Below are positions 49,253 to 59,613 of a stretch of 64,000 nt of DNA, piece by piece. The stretch is from the NCBI GenBank assembly GCA_963662545.2, contig CAXXLL010000002.1:896001-960000 (forward strand), written 5' to 3'. The stretch is from Gammaproteobacteria bacterium. Its GTDB lineage: Bacteria > Pseudomonadota > Gammaproteobacteria > Ga0077536. Position 1 is the stretch's first letter, and every line of letters begins with the position of its first letter. The notes under the pieces were generated by a model that was not told the origin of the DNA, ran no database searches, and saw nothing but the letters and a program-made list of their open reading frames with translations. A program made the position numbers and the translations under genes.

Positions 49253-51187
49253 CTACTTGCCTTGCAAGGACCGCGCCTTCGCGGCAGCGACATACCGCTC
49301 CACGTCCTCAGCCAGCAGCAGTCGTTCGCTCTCGAGTTCGGCCGCGGCCCGTGCGACGGCTTCGATATAATCCTCGGAACGCGGATAACGCTCTGCGATT
49401 GAAGGTCTCGGATCCCCTGCCGCGATCCGTTCCGCCGCCGTCGCCGCGAACGGAATGTACGATCCCACGACCATCAGCGCGCCCTCGGCGAAATTCTTGC
49501 CCCGCATGTTCCAACCCGTATGTGTGCCGAGCGGGACCATGATGTCGGGCGAGCGTATCCCCGCGGTCTCGTTGCCGTCCGCATCGACGGTGGGTACCAG
49601 CACCCGGTATGCGCGGCCGGCGATCGGTCGCGGCGGCTGCTTGCTGTAGTCCATTGCGGACAACTCGTTGACTAGTCCCGTGTAGTTCACACCCGCTATG
49701 TCGGGAAATCCCAGTCCTTCCCGCGGTAGCGGCGCTACGAGCGTGCCGTCACCGGCACGTGGAAAACGGCTGGTGGGCGGCCGCGTCCCGCTGCTCGCCC
49801 ATGCGTCCAGCGCCACGAGTAGTGCGCGGCACAAGGCGCCGTAATCCAGCATATTCACCGCATTAGCGGACGGTTTGAAAAATGGTTCCGCATGTCCCAG
49901 CATCGCCGGCCCCGCGTGTCCGCTACCACTGAAAAGATAGACGCGGACTTCATCCGGGAGACCGATATCCGCACCGGCCTCGTCGGTCACGACCAGCGAG
50001 CTGCGTCCCTGCCAGAACTCGGTGCTCGAATCGACGTGCATGAATTTAGGGCAGGTATTGGATGCCAGGCAACGCTCGAGAATGCCGCCCGTCTTCCCGT
50101 CGATCGGATCCAAGCGGGTCGCATACGTGAACGGGAACTGATCGCCGGGATAGGCGTGATCTTCGTGCTGCCGGTGAAATCGGCCGGGCTGGGAAAAGGG
50201 CTGGTTGATGAACATGCGCCGCGATCCCGTCAAGGTCGCGTAGATACCGTCGAATACCCGGCGACCCTCCATGTCTTCGTTGAATCCCAAGTGTACGAAC
50301 TCGCGCAGGAAGCGTCCGGGCTGCGATCGGCCGTAGGCGATGACCGTTTCGATCGCGGGACCGTCGGCGCCGAGACTCAGCGGGTTGGGCGTGCCGTCGT
50401 CGTCTGCGCGTGCATGACGCATGAACGCAACGACGTCGCGCACAGCGGCGAATCCGAGGCCCATGACGATGGGGTCGCGCGCCGGATAGATGAATTCGTA
50501 AATGGCGCCCGCATCGAACCCGGCGCTAAGATCGATTTCGATTTCGGTCGGGGATCGGTAACGCCAGCGCTCGGGCGGCACCGCTACTCGATCGTCCAGC
50601 TGGTGCTGGCGGACGGTGAGCGTCGCAACGTTCTGATCTGCCGTGCTGGCGGGATACGACAGCGGCGCGACGGCCGGGCCGTCCGTATGAGCGAAGATGA
50701 TCTCCTCCCGCGAGGTCTCGACGATGGGCGCGCCGTTGTCCGTCGCCACCGGAAAATGCGCGAGCAGATGGCTTTCTTCCGGGCCGACGCCGCCCTGCCA
50801 CGCGCTGAAGAGGATCACGTAACCCTGTTGCATGAGAAAGGCGTTGCCGGCGTCTGCCGCAGCCGAAGGATCGTTCGAACCGGGGCCCTTCTTAACGTCG
50901 TTGACATCGATCAACGCGAGCTTGTCACCGCGGTTCGGCGCATCGTAGAAGATTTTTCGATTGCTCTTCTCAATGTCGGTGGGTTTCAACAGGCAGAAGT
51001 CCGCCTGGTACGCCACCCGCCCAACGGCGTTCGTCGGCGCCTTGTCGAGGTTGACGATGCCCGCGTTCAGCCGGTGCGAAGGATCGGCTTGGCCCGAGGC
51101 GCGGCCCACGATTTTCTCGTAGGTCCCGGCGCGGCCAAACGAGATCCCGTCGAAAACGCTTTCCACGCGGCTTATTTCGATTTTCAT
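49253..51187 (-). CDS. Alpha/beta hydrolase domain protein (Abhydrolase_10-like)
   Basis: 'PNRG', 'GLGFAAVRD', 'YGRSQPGRFLR', 'VDADGNETAGIR', 'DPRPSIAERY'. Confidence 0.8.
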   Translation of the reverse strand: MKIEISRVESVFDGISFGRAGTYEKIVGRASGQADPSHRLNAGIVNLDKAPTNAVGRVAYQADFCLLKPTDIEKSNRKIFYDAPNRGDKLALIDVNDVKKGPGSNDPSAAADAGNAFLMQQGYVILFSAWQGGVGPEESHLLAHFPVATDNGAPIVETSREEIIFAHTDGPAVAPLSYPASTADQNVATLTVRQHQLDDRVAVPPERWRYRSPTEIEIDLSAGFDAGAIYEFIYPARDPIVMGLGFAAVRDVVAFMRHARADDDGTPNPLSLGADGPAIETVIAYGRSQPGRFLREFVHLGFNEDMEGRRVFDGIYATLTGSRRMFINQPFSQPGRFHRQHEDHAYPGDQFPFTYATRLDPIDGKTGGILERCLASNTCPKFMHVDSSTEFWQGRSSLVVTDEAGADIGLPDEVRVYLFSGSGHAGPAMLGHAEPFFKPSANAVNMLDYGALCRALLVALDAWASSGTRPPTSRFPRAGDGTLVAPLPREGLGFPDIAGVNYTGLVNELSAMDYSKQPPRPIAGRAYRVLVPTVDADGNETAGIRSPDIMVPLGTHTGWNMRGKNFAEGALMVVGSYIPFAATAAERIAAGDPRPSIAERYPRSEDYIEAVARAAAELESERLLLAEDVERYVAAAKARSLQGK

Positions 51188-51381
51188 TGGACCGCCCCAC
51201 GGCCATTTCGGTTACGAACCCGCGCCGCACGATAGCATATCGGCGCCTTCCGTCCGCGGCCGCCGTGTCCCGCTGGCGACACGCGGAACCGACGGGGAAA
51301 CGCGTTGAACAGCCGGTCGGGATGTGGTCCTATCATGAAAAGAATCGCTCGAAGATGCCGCAACCCCGGGGGAGGAACGAG

Positions 51382-52623
51382 ATGGCAACTCCAAAGGTTA
51401 TCGTGCAGATCTATCCGATGCTGCCCGCCAAAGATCGTGCGGACCGCGAACGCCTGCGTCCGCTGGGACGCAACCGTGAGGTTTATCACGAGGTCATCCA
51501 CGACACCTGGGACCTTGTCCGCGAACTCGACCAAAAGCCGATCTGGGGCATAAGCACGATCGAGCACCATCTTCATTCCGAAGGCTACGAACTCGGTCCC
51601 AATCCCGGCGTCTTGAACGCCTGGTGGGCGAGCCAGCTAAAAAACGTCTACGTTGGCGCACTGGGCTACGTCATGGCGACGCGCGATCCCATCCGGGTGG
51701 CCGAAGAAACCGCCATACTGGATCACATCACCAAGGGTCGGTTCTTCGTCGGACTGACGCGCGGCTACCAGTCGCGCTGGATGAATACCTTGGGCCAGCA
51801 CGTCGACGCCGTTGCGACCGTGTCCGACGGCGGTGCCGACGACATCCGCAACCGCGAGATGTTCGAAGAGCGCGTGAACATGCTGATCGAATGCTGGACC
51901 CAGGAATCGGTAGCGAGCAAGCAGCCCCATTACGAAATTCCGTACCCCTACGAGACCGGTGTTGCGGGATATCCGGCACGTGAGAGTATCCAGACCGCGG
52001 GGGCCCCGGGCGAACTGGGGCCGGACGGCAACATCAGGCGGGTGAGCGTGGTGCCGAGCACTTACACCAAGCCGTATCCGCCGGTCTTCGTGCCGATGAG
52101 CGGCAGTGCGGCGTCGATTCCCTTTCTGGCCAGAAACGGTTTTCGGCCAGTCTACTTCACGCCCTTGCAGTCCCTGATCGAGTTCGCGAACCTCTACGTC
52201 GAAGAAGGACGCGCCGCTGGAATCGACTATGCGCTGGGCGAGCGCCAGTGCATCGCGCGCTGGGTTCACCTGGGCGATGAGAAAGAATTCCGCGACAAAC
52301 TCAGGCGCTACGACGAAGAAATGTATTACCAGCATTATTCGACTTTCTATGACAAGCTGCCGCGCTCCGACGATCACGAGACCAATATCGACAACATGAT
52401 AGGCAGCGGTATTTTTACGGGCGGTTCACTGAACCAGCTTAAGGATCAGTGGCACCATATTTACGAAGGACTGCCCGCCGAATACATCACGCTCATCTGG
52501 CATTACGCTCAGTGTCCGAAGGAAGTGATGCTCGAAGAACTGGACATTTTCCTGGAGGAGGTGCTGCCCGAACTCGACGCCGCTTCTTCCGACGAAAGCG
52601 GATCCTTAGCCCGGGTGTCTTAG
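51382..52623 (+). CDS. LLM class flavin-dependent oxidoreductase
   Basis: 'TIEHHLHSEG', 'DPIRVAEETAILDHITKGRFFVGLTRGYQSRW'; RBS GGAGG. Confidence 0.88.
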   Translation: MATPKVIVQIYPMLPAKDRADRERLRPLGRNREVYHEVIHDTWDLVRELDQKPIWGISTIEHHLHSEGYELGPNPGVLNAWWASQLKNVYVGALGYVMATRDPIRVAEETAILDHITKGRFFVGLTRGYQSRWMNTLGQHVDAVATVSDGGADDIRNREMFEERVNMLIECWTQESVASKQPHYEIPYPYETGVAGYPARESIQTAGAPGELGPDGNIRRVSVVPSTYTKPYPPVFVPMSGSAASIPFLARNGFRPVYFTPLQSLIEFANLYVEEGRAAGIDYALGERQCIARWVHLGDEKEFRDKLRRYDEEMYYQHYSTFYDKLPRSDDHETNIDNMIGSGIFTGGSLNQLKDQWHHIYEGLPAEYITLIWHYAQCPKEVMLEELDIFLEEVLPELDAASSDESGSLARVS

Positions 52624-52784
52624 GGAACCTCTGAATAAGTCATGGCCCATCTGTCTTGCCCATGAAATCGCGGAGCCTTACGTTACGAACCTTAGCCCTA
52701 GTCCCGCTATGGTCTTCGATTCGTGCCTTGACCTGCACCATTGCATGAACCATTCAGACGCAACATGACTTATTCAGAGGTTCC
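52624..52784. mobile_element. MITE copy 2 (161 bp) with TTAG target duplication
   Basis: TTAG-GGAACCTCTGAATAAGTCATG...CATGACTTATTCAGAGGTTCC-TTAG. Confidence 0.9.
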
Positions 52785-53047
52785 TTAGGCGACCGGCCGG
52801 ACACGTGTTGAAAGCGGGACTCGAGGTCTCCCGGGATCTCGGCAGCGTACACCATTCATTTCAGGTGATCGCTCAAACAATTTCGCGATCGTCCCACCCT
52901 CCGAACAGACAGCGGCGAATATCGCGCCGGCTGCCTGTCCGGTGGACTCAATTGCCGAGTTAACTGGATAGCCCGAATACCTTTTCCCGTAGCGGGTTTC
53001 ATATAATGCCCGCACTTCAAAAAATAACAGGGACGATCGGAGAAAGC

Positions 53048-53959
53048 ATGGCCAACGACAAGACATGCAGTCGCGAAGACATCGAAATCAACGCCGACGG
53101 CGAGACCGTCCGCGGCTGGTTGTTCCGCCCGCCCGGTAGCCCGGACAAGATGCCATGTATCGTGCTCGGCAATGGTTTTTCGGCCGTCAAGGAAATGGGC
53201 ATGGCGGACTACGCCGAGCGCTTCGCCGCAGTCGGCATGGCGGCCCTTGCGTTCGATTTCCGCAATCTCGGCGAGAGCGACGGCAGTCCGCGACAGGAGA
53301 TCGATCCCTGGAAACAGATTGAGGATCTGCGCCACGCGATCACCTATGCGAGCACGCTACCGTTCGTCGACGCCGATCGCATCGGCCTTTGGGGTACGAG
53401 CTATTCGGGCGGGCACAACCTGGTGATCGGCGGGACGGATCGCCGCGTAAAGTGCGTGGTCGTGCAGATGCCGACCATCAGCGGCCACTGGAGCGGGTTG
53501 CGCCGCGTCCCGATGGACAAGATCCCCGAGGTGACGGCAGCGCTCGCCGCCGACCGCGTCAAGCGCATGCAGGGTGAAGCCCCGACCATGCGAGCGATCG
53601 TTGGTGACCCCGACGTGCACCCCATTTACACCGCCGGCGAAGTGCGCGAGTATTTGGAGAAGTACGCTGTGGGTATTCCGACCTGGCGCAACGAAGTAAC
53701 CCTGAGAACGCTTGAACACGCGAGAGCGTACGAGCCCGGCGCTTACATCGAGTTCATCAGCCCGACGCCGTTCCTCATGATCATCGGATGCCAGGACACG
53801 CTGACCTGCTACGATCTGCAGCTCGAGGCATATCATCGCGCCCTGGAACCGAAGAAGCTCGTGATGCTGAACGGCGGGCATTTCTCCTGCTACGACGAGG
53901 AGTTCGACTTGGCCTGTGGCTCTGCCGTCGACTGGTTCACTACTCACCTTTTCGCCTAA
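53048..53959 (+). CDS. Alpha/beta hydrolase (peptidase S15/S9-like)
   Basis: 'GFSAVKEMG', 'FDFRNLGESDG.PRQEIDP', 'WGTSYSGG', 'GGHF'. Confidence 0.88.
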   Translation: MANDKTCSREDIEINADGETVRGWLFRPPGSPDKMPCIVLGNGFSAVKEMGMADYAERFAAVGMAALAFDFRNLGESDGSPRQEIDPWKQIEDLRHAITYASTLPFVDADRIGLWGTSYSGGHNLVIGGTDRRVKCVVVQMPTISGHWSGLRRVPMDKIPEVTAALAADRVKRMQGEAPTMRAIVGDPDVHPIYTAGEVREYLEKYAVGIPTWRNEVTLRTLEHARAYEPGAYIEFISPTPFLMIIGCQDTLTCYDLQLEAYHRALEPKKLVMLNGGHFSCYDEEFDLACGSAVDWFTTHLFA

Positions 53960-54048
53960 AGACCGAACGAGCAGGGCGGACTGGAACCTTCATAGGTATA
54001 CTGCTCCCGATACGCGATGGAATGACAATGCTGTCGTAATCGTACGCC

Positions 54049-55263
54049 ATGTATGAAGTTTCGAAAGAGGCGCTTAAAGGCGCCTTTACCTTTCTGCCGA
54101 TCGAAGATGTGTACTACGGGCCGGGAGTCATCGCCGGGCTCGCCGATCGATTGGCCGCGAGCGGGATCCAAGCGGCACTCCTCATTACGGGCAAGACGCT
54201 CGCCAACAAAACGGATCTCGTCGAACAGGTAATGGCAGCGGCGGGTGGCCGTGTCGCGCACGTCTTTTGCGACACCGTACAGCACGTACACCGCGGATCG
54301 GTGATGAATGCCATCGAACGTGCCCGCTCGGCCGGTGTCGACGGCATCATTTCGTTCGGCGGCGGTACGCCCAACGACACCGGCAAGGCCGTGATCCTCG
54401 GGCTCGCCGAAAACGTGCAATCGGAAGATGATTTCGATCGGCACCGCGTGCGCTTTGAATATCCCGATACGGTCGAAGTCCCACCCGTAAAAGGTGACGC
54501 GCTGCCGATGATCGCGATCTCAACGACACTCTCGGCTGGCGAGTTCACTCATTTTGCGGGTATCACCGACAGCGCGCGCAAGGTCAAGGATCTGTATATC
54601 GACAAGAAGCTCGCGGCAAGCGCGGTTTATCTCGACCCGGAGCTGACCCTGGAGACGCCGGATTGGCTGTGGCTTTCGACCGGCATACGCGCGGTCGATC
54701 ATTGCATCGAGGCGCTCTGTTCGACGACCGCGCACCCGTTTACCGATGCGCTCGCGAGCCGTAGCCTCACCATGTTAGATCGCTACCTTCGCACGTGTAG
54801 GTTCGACGGTGGCGATCTCGTGGCCCGCACCCAGGCGCATATCGCGGCCTGGATGTCAGTGTGTGGCTTGGCTAACGTCAATCTTGGTCTGAGCCACGGC
54901 ATCGGTCATCAACTGGGTGCGCGCAACGATGTGCCGCACGGCGTGACATCGTGCGTAATGATGCATCCCACCATGACCTTCAACAAGGATAACGTTGGGA
55001 CCCGGCAGGCATGGATCGCCGAGCTGATGGGCGAGGACATCACCGAACTCAGCGCCGAAGCGGCAGGGCAAGTGGGACGCGATGCCGTGCTGAATCTGAT
55101 CAAAGACCTTGACCTGCCGCATCGCCTGCGTGATGTCGGCATGACGCCGGATGACTTTCCGGCGATCGCCAGGGATGCGCTGGAAGATCTTGTGGTGGCG
55201 ACCAACCCGCGTCCCGTCACATCCGTCGAAGAAATCATCGATCTCCTTCACACCGCTTATTGA
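54049..55263 (+). CDS. Iron-containing alcohol dehydrogenase family protein
   Basis: 'FGGGTPNDTGK', 'STTLSAGEF', 'DHCIE', 'GLSHGIGHQLG...VPHG'. Confidence 0.9.
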   Translation: MYEVSKEALKGAFTFLPIEDVYYGPGVIAGLADRLAASGIQAALLITGKTLANKTDLVEQVMAAAGGRVAHVFCDTVQHVHRGSVMNAIERARSAGVDGIISFGGGTPNDTGKAVILGLAENVQSEDDFDRHRVRFEYPDTVEVPPVKGDALPMIAISTTLSAGEFTHFAGITDSARKVKDLYIDKKLAASAVYLDPELTLETPDWLWLSTGIRAVDHCIEALCSTTAHPFTDALASRSLTMLDRYLRTCRFDGGDLVARTQAHIAAWMSVCGLANVNLGLSHGIGHQLGARNDVPHGVTSCVMMHPTMTFNKDNVGTRQAWIAELMGEDITELSAEAAGQVGRDAVLNLIKDLDLPHRLRDVGMTPDDFPAIARDALEDLVVATNPRPVTSVEEIIDLLHTAY

Positions 55264-55305
55264 TCTGAACATGACGCAAGAAACCACCGATCCCCGCATC
55301 GCACG

Positions 55306-55355
55306 CCGCGATTTCATGGGGAAGGTAGATGTGCCATGATTTATTCAGAGGTTCC
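55306..55355. mobile_element. Partial MITE (one end)
   Basis: CGCGATTTCATGGGGAAGGTAGATGTGCCATGATTTATTCAGAGGTTCC matches the end of the 58214-58375 copy. Confidence 0.75.
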
Positions 55356-55409
55356 CTTAATATGCCTCCCATGGAATGGCAGCAGACGCCCGTACCGGGG
55401 AGTCGAGAC

Positions 55410-55832
55410 GTGCTGAAATGGGAGATCGGCGACGTCACCATCACGCGGGTCGTCGAACTGGAGGTGCCGACATCGGCACGTTTCCTGTTCGACGGTGTTT
55501 CCCAGCACGACCTGCTCGGGATCGAATGGCTCAAGCCGCATTTCGTGACCGAGAAGGGCTATATGCTGCTCAGTATTCACGCCTTGCTGGTTGAATCGGA
55601 AGGCCTTCGCATCGTCGTTGATACCTGCCTCGGCAACGACAAGGAAAGAAAGGTCGATGGCTGGGGCATGCGAGACGGTCCGTTTCTGGCCGATATCGAA
55701 GCCGCCGGTTTCCAGCGTGAAGCGGTCGACGCGGTCATGTGCACCCATCTGCACGTCGACCACGTCGGTTGGAATACCATGCGGGTTGACGGTCGTTGGG
55801 TGCCGACCTTTCCGATAGCGCATCGGTGTTGA
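55410..55832 (+). pseudogene. 3'-truncated MBL-fold metallo-hydrolase
   Basis: 'LKWEIGDVTITRVVE', 'THLHVDHVGWNT...WVPTFP' then an early stop; the C-terminal His/Asp ligand half is absent. Confidence 0.7.
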
Positions 55833-55993
55833 GAAATCGGATCGTCGTAAGGCAACACTTGATCCCGTCTGTTTCGGGAATCTGAACCGCGACGGTACAA
55901 TTCAGTACTAACATATAAATAAGTATCTGCTCGGTGTCCGCGAACTACCCCCGTCTCAACAATTCTTCACGCAAATCCTACAGGAGATAGGAT

Positions 55994-58213
55994 GTGATAA
56001 ATCATGCAGTGGCGCGCATTCTCCTCGCCGGAGGTGTGGCCGGAGGCGTCCTGTTCTCTGAATTGGCCGCGGCCATCGACTGGAATTTTACCGGCTTGTT
56101 TCGTCAGGAAATCGCCTACAGCATCGCCGGTAACAATAATGAAATGAATTCAATGGGCAGCGTGTTCAACGACCGCATCGTGCCGCATTACACCAACGCC
56201 AGTTTCAATGCGGGGAACGCGGCAGCCCCGGCGCGAGCCAACCCCGCGAGCTTGTTTGCCTTCGGGACTACGCCACGGGCTGCGGGTACCTTCGGGGCTA
56301 CGACACGATTTGCGGGCGCCAATACGCTTTCTCCGGTCAACTGCCGCTTCGGGAACCTCAATGCGATTCAGGCGGGCAGTTCGGGCTTGGCCGGGGACGG
56401 CGGCTTCCGTGGCGTTCTCTGCCCCAATGGCGGCGGCACGTCCTACGTGCCCGGTGCCAATCCCGCCGCGGGCGCCGGCTTCAGCCCGCAGGGCGCAGGC
56501 TTGAACGACGACATCAACTTCAATTTATTCAACACGCGCGTCGAGCTCGACCTGCAGGCGCGGTTCAACAACCATTTCGCCGCCTTCGTGAAATTCCGCG
56601 CCTATTACGACGGCACGCCGAAGTTCACCGATGGCCAGCTCGGCGACCCTTATGAAAATCCGTTCTGGGGAACGCGCGCGACCGCCACGGAATGGAACTC
56701 GCCCAGCTTTGTCGTCGACCTGCCGATGGCCGATATTGACTACAACGTCGGCCGGCTCTGGATCCGCGTTGGTCATCAGGTCATTGCTTGGGGCGAGGCC
56801 TACTTTTTCCGCGTAATGGACGTCGCCAACGGACTCGACCTGCGCCGGCATCTGACGCTAGGTCCAGGTGGTGAGGAATTCCAGGATCAGCGCGTGGCAT
56901 CGCCGGGAATCCGCCTCAACTACACCTTTCGTAACGACTGGGAAATCGAAGCCTTTGCACAGCTGTTCTCGCCGACCATTCTTCCCGCTGCGAATACGCC
57001 ATACAATTTGATCTCGGCCACGTTCACGCTCGATGAGCGCGACGAGTACGACGATGCCGAATTCGCGATCAACTTCGGCGCGCGACTGTCCGCACCGGTG
57101 ACCGAGAGATTGACCCTGTTGGCGATGTACGCCAATCGCCGCAACCCCGGCGGCGTGTTCCGCTTCGCAGAGGCGCCACTATTCAATGGGGGCACGCAGA
57201 ATCGATTTTGTGCCGGTGCGTTCAACGATACCAACAATCTGCTGAACACCCTGGGCCTGCAGGGGCTACGGGCCGCGCGCGGTATCCCGGCCATGCCGGC
57301 CCTCTCGCCCGGAACCAAGACACTGAATCACTGCGGTTCGGCGGTCGCGCCCGACCCGATAGCGGCGAGTTCGACCGAGTTCTTTCATCTCGTGAGCCGC
57401 AGCCGACTCGACCCGATGAAGGTCGCGCGGGTGGTCGTCGACGAATGGCCGGCCACGGCCTGGGCCACGCGAGACATCTTCGGCTTCGGCCAGGAGTTCA
57501 ACGTGGTCGACGCGCTCAGCACCCTCGAAGGCTTCCACAGCTTGCTCGGCGGATTCCGCGGGTGGGCCACGCGCGAATTCAAGCGCGAACACATCTTCGC
57601 GGTCGGCGGCAACTACATCGTCAACGCCGATCCGCTGTCCTTCTGGGATCAGCTGATCATCCGCGGTGAAGTTGCGGTGACGCCGCACAAGAAGTTCACC
57701 GATCTCGGATTGAGCTTCAAGTTCATCGAGGAGACGGAAGTCGTCTCTGCGCTCATCTTCGAGAAGCTTCACCGCTGGACGGCCGACTTCCCGTCAATAT
57801 ACATGGTGGCGCAGTGGATGCACCGCACGGAGTCGGACCTGTTCGGAAGACATTTGAGCGGCACGGAGTCGGTGCCCTTGAGTAAATTCCTGGATCCGGC
57901 TACCGGTGACTTTACCCCGTCGGCATTCGTCGATGGGGCTGCTTCACCCAAGGGCAGCGACGCGGCCGACTACGTGGTGTTCGCCTTCCAGCAGCCCTTC
58001 CCCAACCTGCGATGGCGGGTCGATCTGTCGATCCTGGTCGACGTCGAAGGCGGTTATCTGGTGCAGCCGGGCCTCCGCTTCCGCCCGAGCGCATCCTGGC
58101 AGTGGGATCTGTACGCCAACCTCATCGAGGACGGCGGCGACGAAAACGACGACATCATGGAAACGCTGGACTTCGCCGACGAAATCTTCGCCCGCCTGAC
58201 CTACTACTTTTAG
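55994..58213 (+). CDS. DUF1302 family outer-membrane beta-barrel protein
   Basis: Signal peptide; 'RVGHQVIAWGEAYFFRVMDVANGLDLRRH'; C-terminal aromatic 'RLTYYF'. Confidence 0.8.
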   Translation: MINHAVARILLAGGVAGGVLFSELAAAIDWNFTGLFRQEIAYSIAGNNNEMNSMGSVFNDRIVPHYTNASFNAGNAAAPARANPASLFAFGTTPRAAGTFGATTRFAGANTLSPVNCRFGNLNAIQAGSSGLAGDGGFRGVLCPNGGGTSYVPGANPAAGAGFSPQGAGLNDDINFNLFNTRVELDLQARFNNHFAAFVKFRAYYDGTPKFTDGQLGDPYENPFWGTRATATEWNSPSFVVDLPMADIDYNVGRLWIRVGHQVIAWGEAYFFRVMDVANGLDLRRHLTLGPGGEEFQDQRVASPGIRLNYTFRNDWEIEAFAQLFSPTILPAANTPYNLISATFTLDERDEYDDAEFAINFGARLSAPVTERLTLLAMYANRRNPGGVFRFAEAPLFNGGTQNRFCAGAFNDTNNLLNTLGLQGLRAARGIPAMPALSPGTKTLNHCGSAVAPDPIAASSTEFFHLVSRSRLDPMKVARVVVDEWPATAWATRDIFGFGQEFNVVDALSTLEGFHSLLGGFRGWATREFKREHIFAVGGNYIVNADPLSFWDQLIIRGEVAVTPHKKFTDLGLSFKFIEETEVVSALIFEKLHRWTADFPSIYMVAQWMHRTESDLFGRHLSGTESVPLSKFLDPATGDFTPSAFVDGAASPKGSDAADYVVFAFQQPFPNLRWRVDLSILVDVEGGYLVQPGLRFRPSASWQWDLYANLIEDGGDENDDIMETLDFADEIFARLTYYF

Positions 58214-58375
58214 GGAACCTCTGAATAAGTCATGGTGCGTCTGAATTGTTCATGCAATTGTGCAGATCAAGGCACGAAGCGCAGGCAATAGCGGGGACTA
58301 TTGGCAAGCTTCGTAACGCCGAGCTGCGCGATTTCATGGGCAAGGCAGATGTGCCATGATTTTTTCAGAGGTTCC
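58214..58375. mobile_element. MITE copy 3 (162 bp, opposite orientation) with TTAG target duplication
   Basis: TTAG-GGAACCTCTGAATAAGTCATGG...CCATGATTTTTTCAGAGGTTCC-TTAG; interior is the reverse complement of copies 1 and 2. Confidence 0.9.
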
Positions 58376-58494
58376 TTAGGTAACGAGTGCCGGATGCGGA
58401 TGTGTGCAATGCTCCGACGACCTGATTGAGACGTCTTAAAACATCGCGCTTGCCTCCAAACGGTTGAATTGCCGTGGCCGACGCCTCCACCGGT

Positions 58495-59613
58495 TCACAT
58501 ATCACCGCCGGTCGTTACCCACCACCGCTGGCTGCTGAAAGGCGTGTCAAAATCGAACCGTTCGCCCACTCGCGGGGTGACGACCTTGACGCCTGTCTCG
58601 GCGGCCGCCGACAAGGTTCGCTCGATCGGCTCGCTCCACTCGTGATACGCCAGATTAAACGTTGCCCAATGCACCGGGTAGAAGATATCGGCCCCTAGGT
58701 CGAGGTGTGCCTGTACGGCCGATTCGGGATCCATGTGTATATCGAGCCACGAATCTCCGTAAGCGCCGATTTTCATGATCGACAAATCAAAAGGCCCGAG
58801 GCGTTTACGAATCATCGAGAAATGAGAGGCGTATCCCGTGTCGCCGCTGTAGTAGAGCGATCGATGCTCTCCCTTTACGACCCATGACGACCAGAGTGTG
58901 GAATTATCGGCGTATCGCCGCCCGGAATAATGGCGTGCGGGCGTGTTGTAGAGGGTGATCGTGTTCAACGGCAACGATTCCCACCAGTCCATTTCATGAA
59001 TCTGCGTATCCGCGACGCCCCACCGCTCGAGATGGGCGCCGATCCCGAGCCCCATGTAGAAGTGTGTGCCGGTCTGTGCGAAATGCTTGATGGCATGCAT
59101 ATCGAGATGATCGTAATGATCATGTGAGATAAGCACCGCATCAATCGCTTGCATTCGCTCAAGCACGAGAGGCGGAGGGTGAAATCGCCGCGATCCGGCG
59201 AAATCAAACGGCGAGGCGAATTCACCGAACACCGGATCGGTCATGATGCGCAGGCCATCGATTTCGATCAGCACACTCGAATGACCAAACCAAACGAGGC
59301 GGAGTCCGGACGCCGCGTCCTCGAAATCCGCGTCGGAAAGTTCGAGCACCGGGATCTCGAGCTGAGGCTCGCGAACCTGCCCGCCCGTGTAGTTGTTGAC
59401 CATGGTGCGAAGCTTGTCGAAATCTAAAGGCTCCTGCAGCGGTGTGTTCTCGAATCTCCCACCGACGAACTGAGGTGATTGCCGGATCCGATCGAGATGC
59501 GTGCCCTCGATCGTTCCGCCGAATACCGGCATACGGAGAACTAAGAGAGCGATAGCAAATAGGACGACCGCCGAGCCGAAGAGCCAGGCGAGTAGGCGTT
59601 TGAATATCTTCAT
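58495..59613 (-). CDS. MBL-fold metallo-hydrolase (RomA/NAPE-PLD-like)
   Basis: 'WFGHSS', 'TDPVF', 'ISHDHYDHLD', 'PARHYSGR', 'SGDTGY', 'PVHWATF'. Confidence 0.9.
   Translation of the reverse strand: MKIFKRLLAWLFGSAVVLFAIALLVLRMPVFGGTIEGTHLDRIRQSPQFVGGRFENTPLQEPLDFDKLRTMVNNYTGGQVREPQLEIPVLELSDADFEDAASGLRLVWFGHSSVLIEIDGLRIMTDPVFGEFASPFDFAGSRRFHPPPLVLERMQAIDAVLISHDHYDHLDMHAIKHFAQTGTHFYMGLGIGAHLERWGVADTQIHEMDWWESLPLNTITLYNTPARHYSGRRYADNSTLWSSWVVKGEHRSLYYSGDTGYASHFSMIRKRLGPFDLSIMKIGAYGDSWLDIHMDPESAVQAHLDLGADIFYPVHWATFNLAYHEWSEPIERTLSAAAETGVKVVTPRVGERFDFDTPFSSQRWWVTTGGDM

Noticed and set aside
49892-51235. 447-aa + strand ORF
   Set aside because: Antisense shadow of the hydrolase gene, typical of high-GC codon bias
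55824-55850. TGA after 'HRC' as a fourth Sec codon
   Set aside because: Read-through gives only EIGSS before TAA, there is no redox motif, and homology is already lost
12626-58375. Dispersed repeats as a CRISPR array or tRNA-like genes
   Set aside because: Not regularly spaced, no cas genes, no cloverleaf; TIR plus TSD fit a MITE
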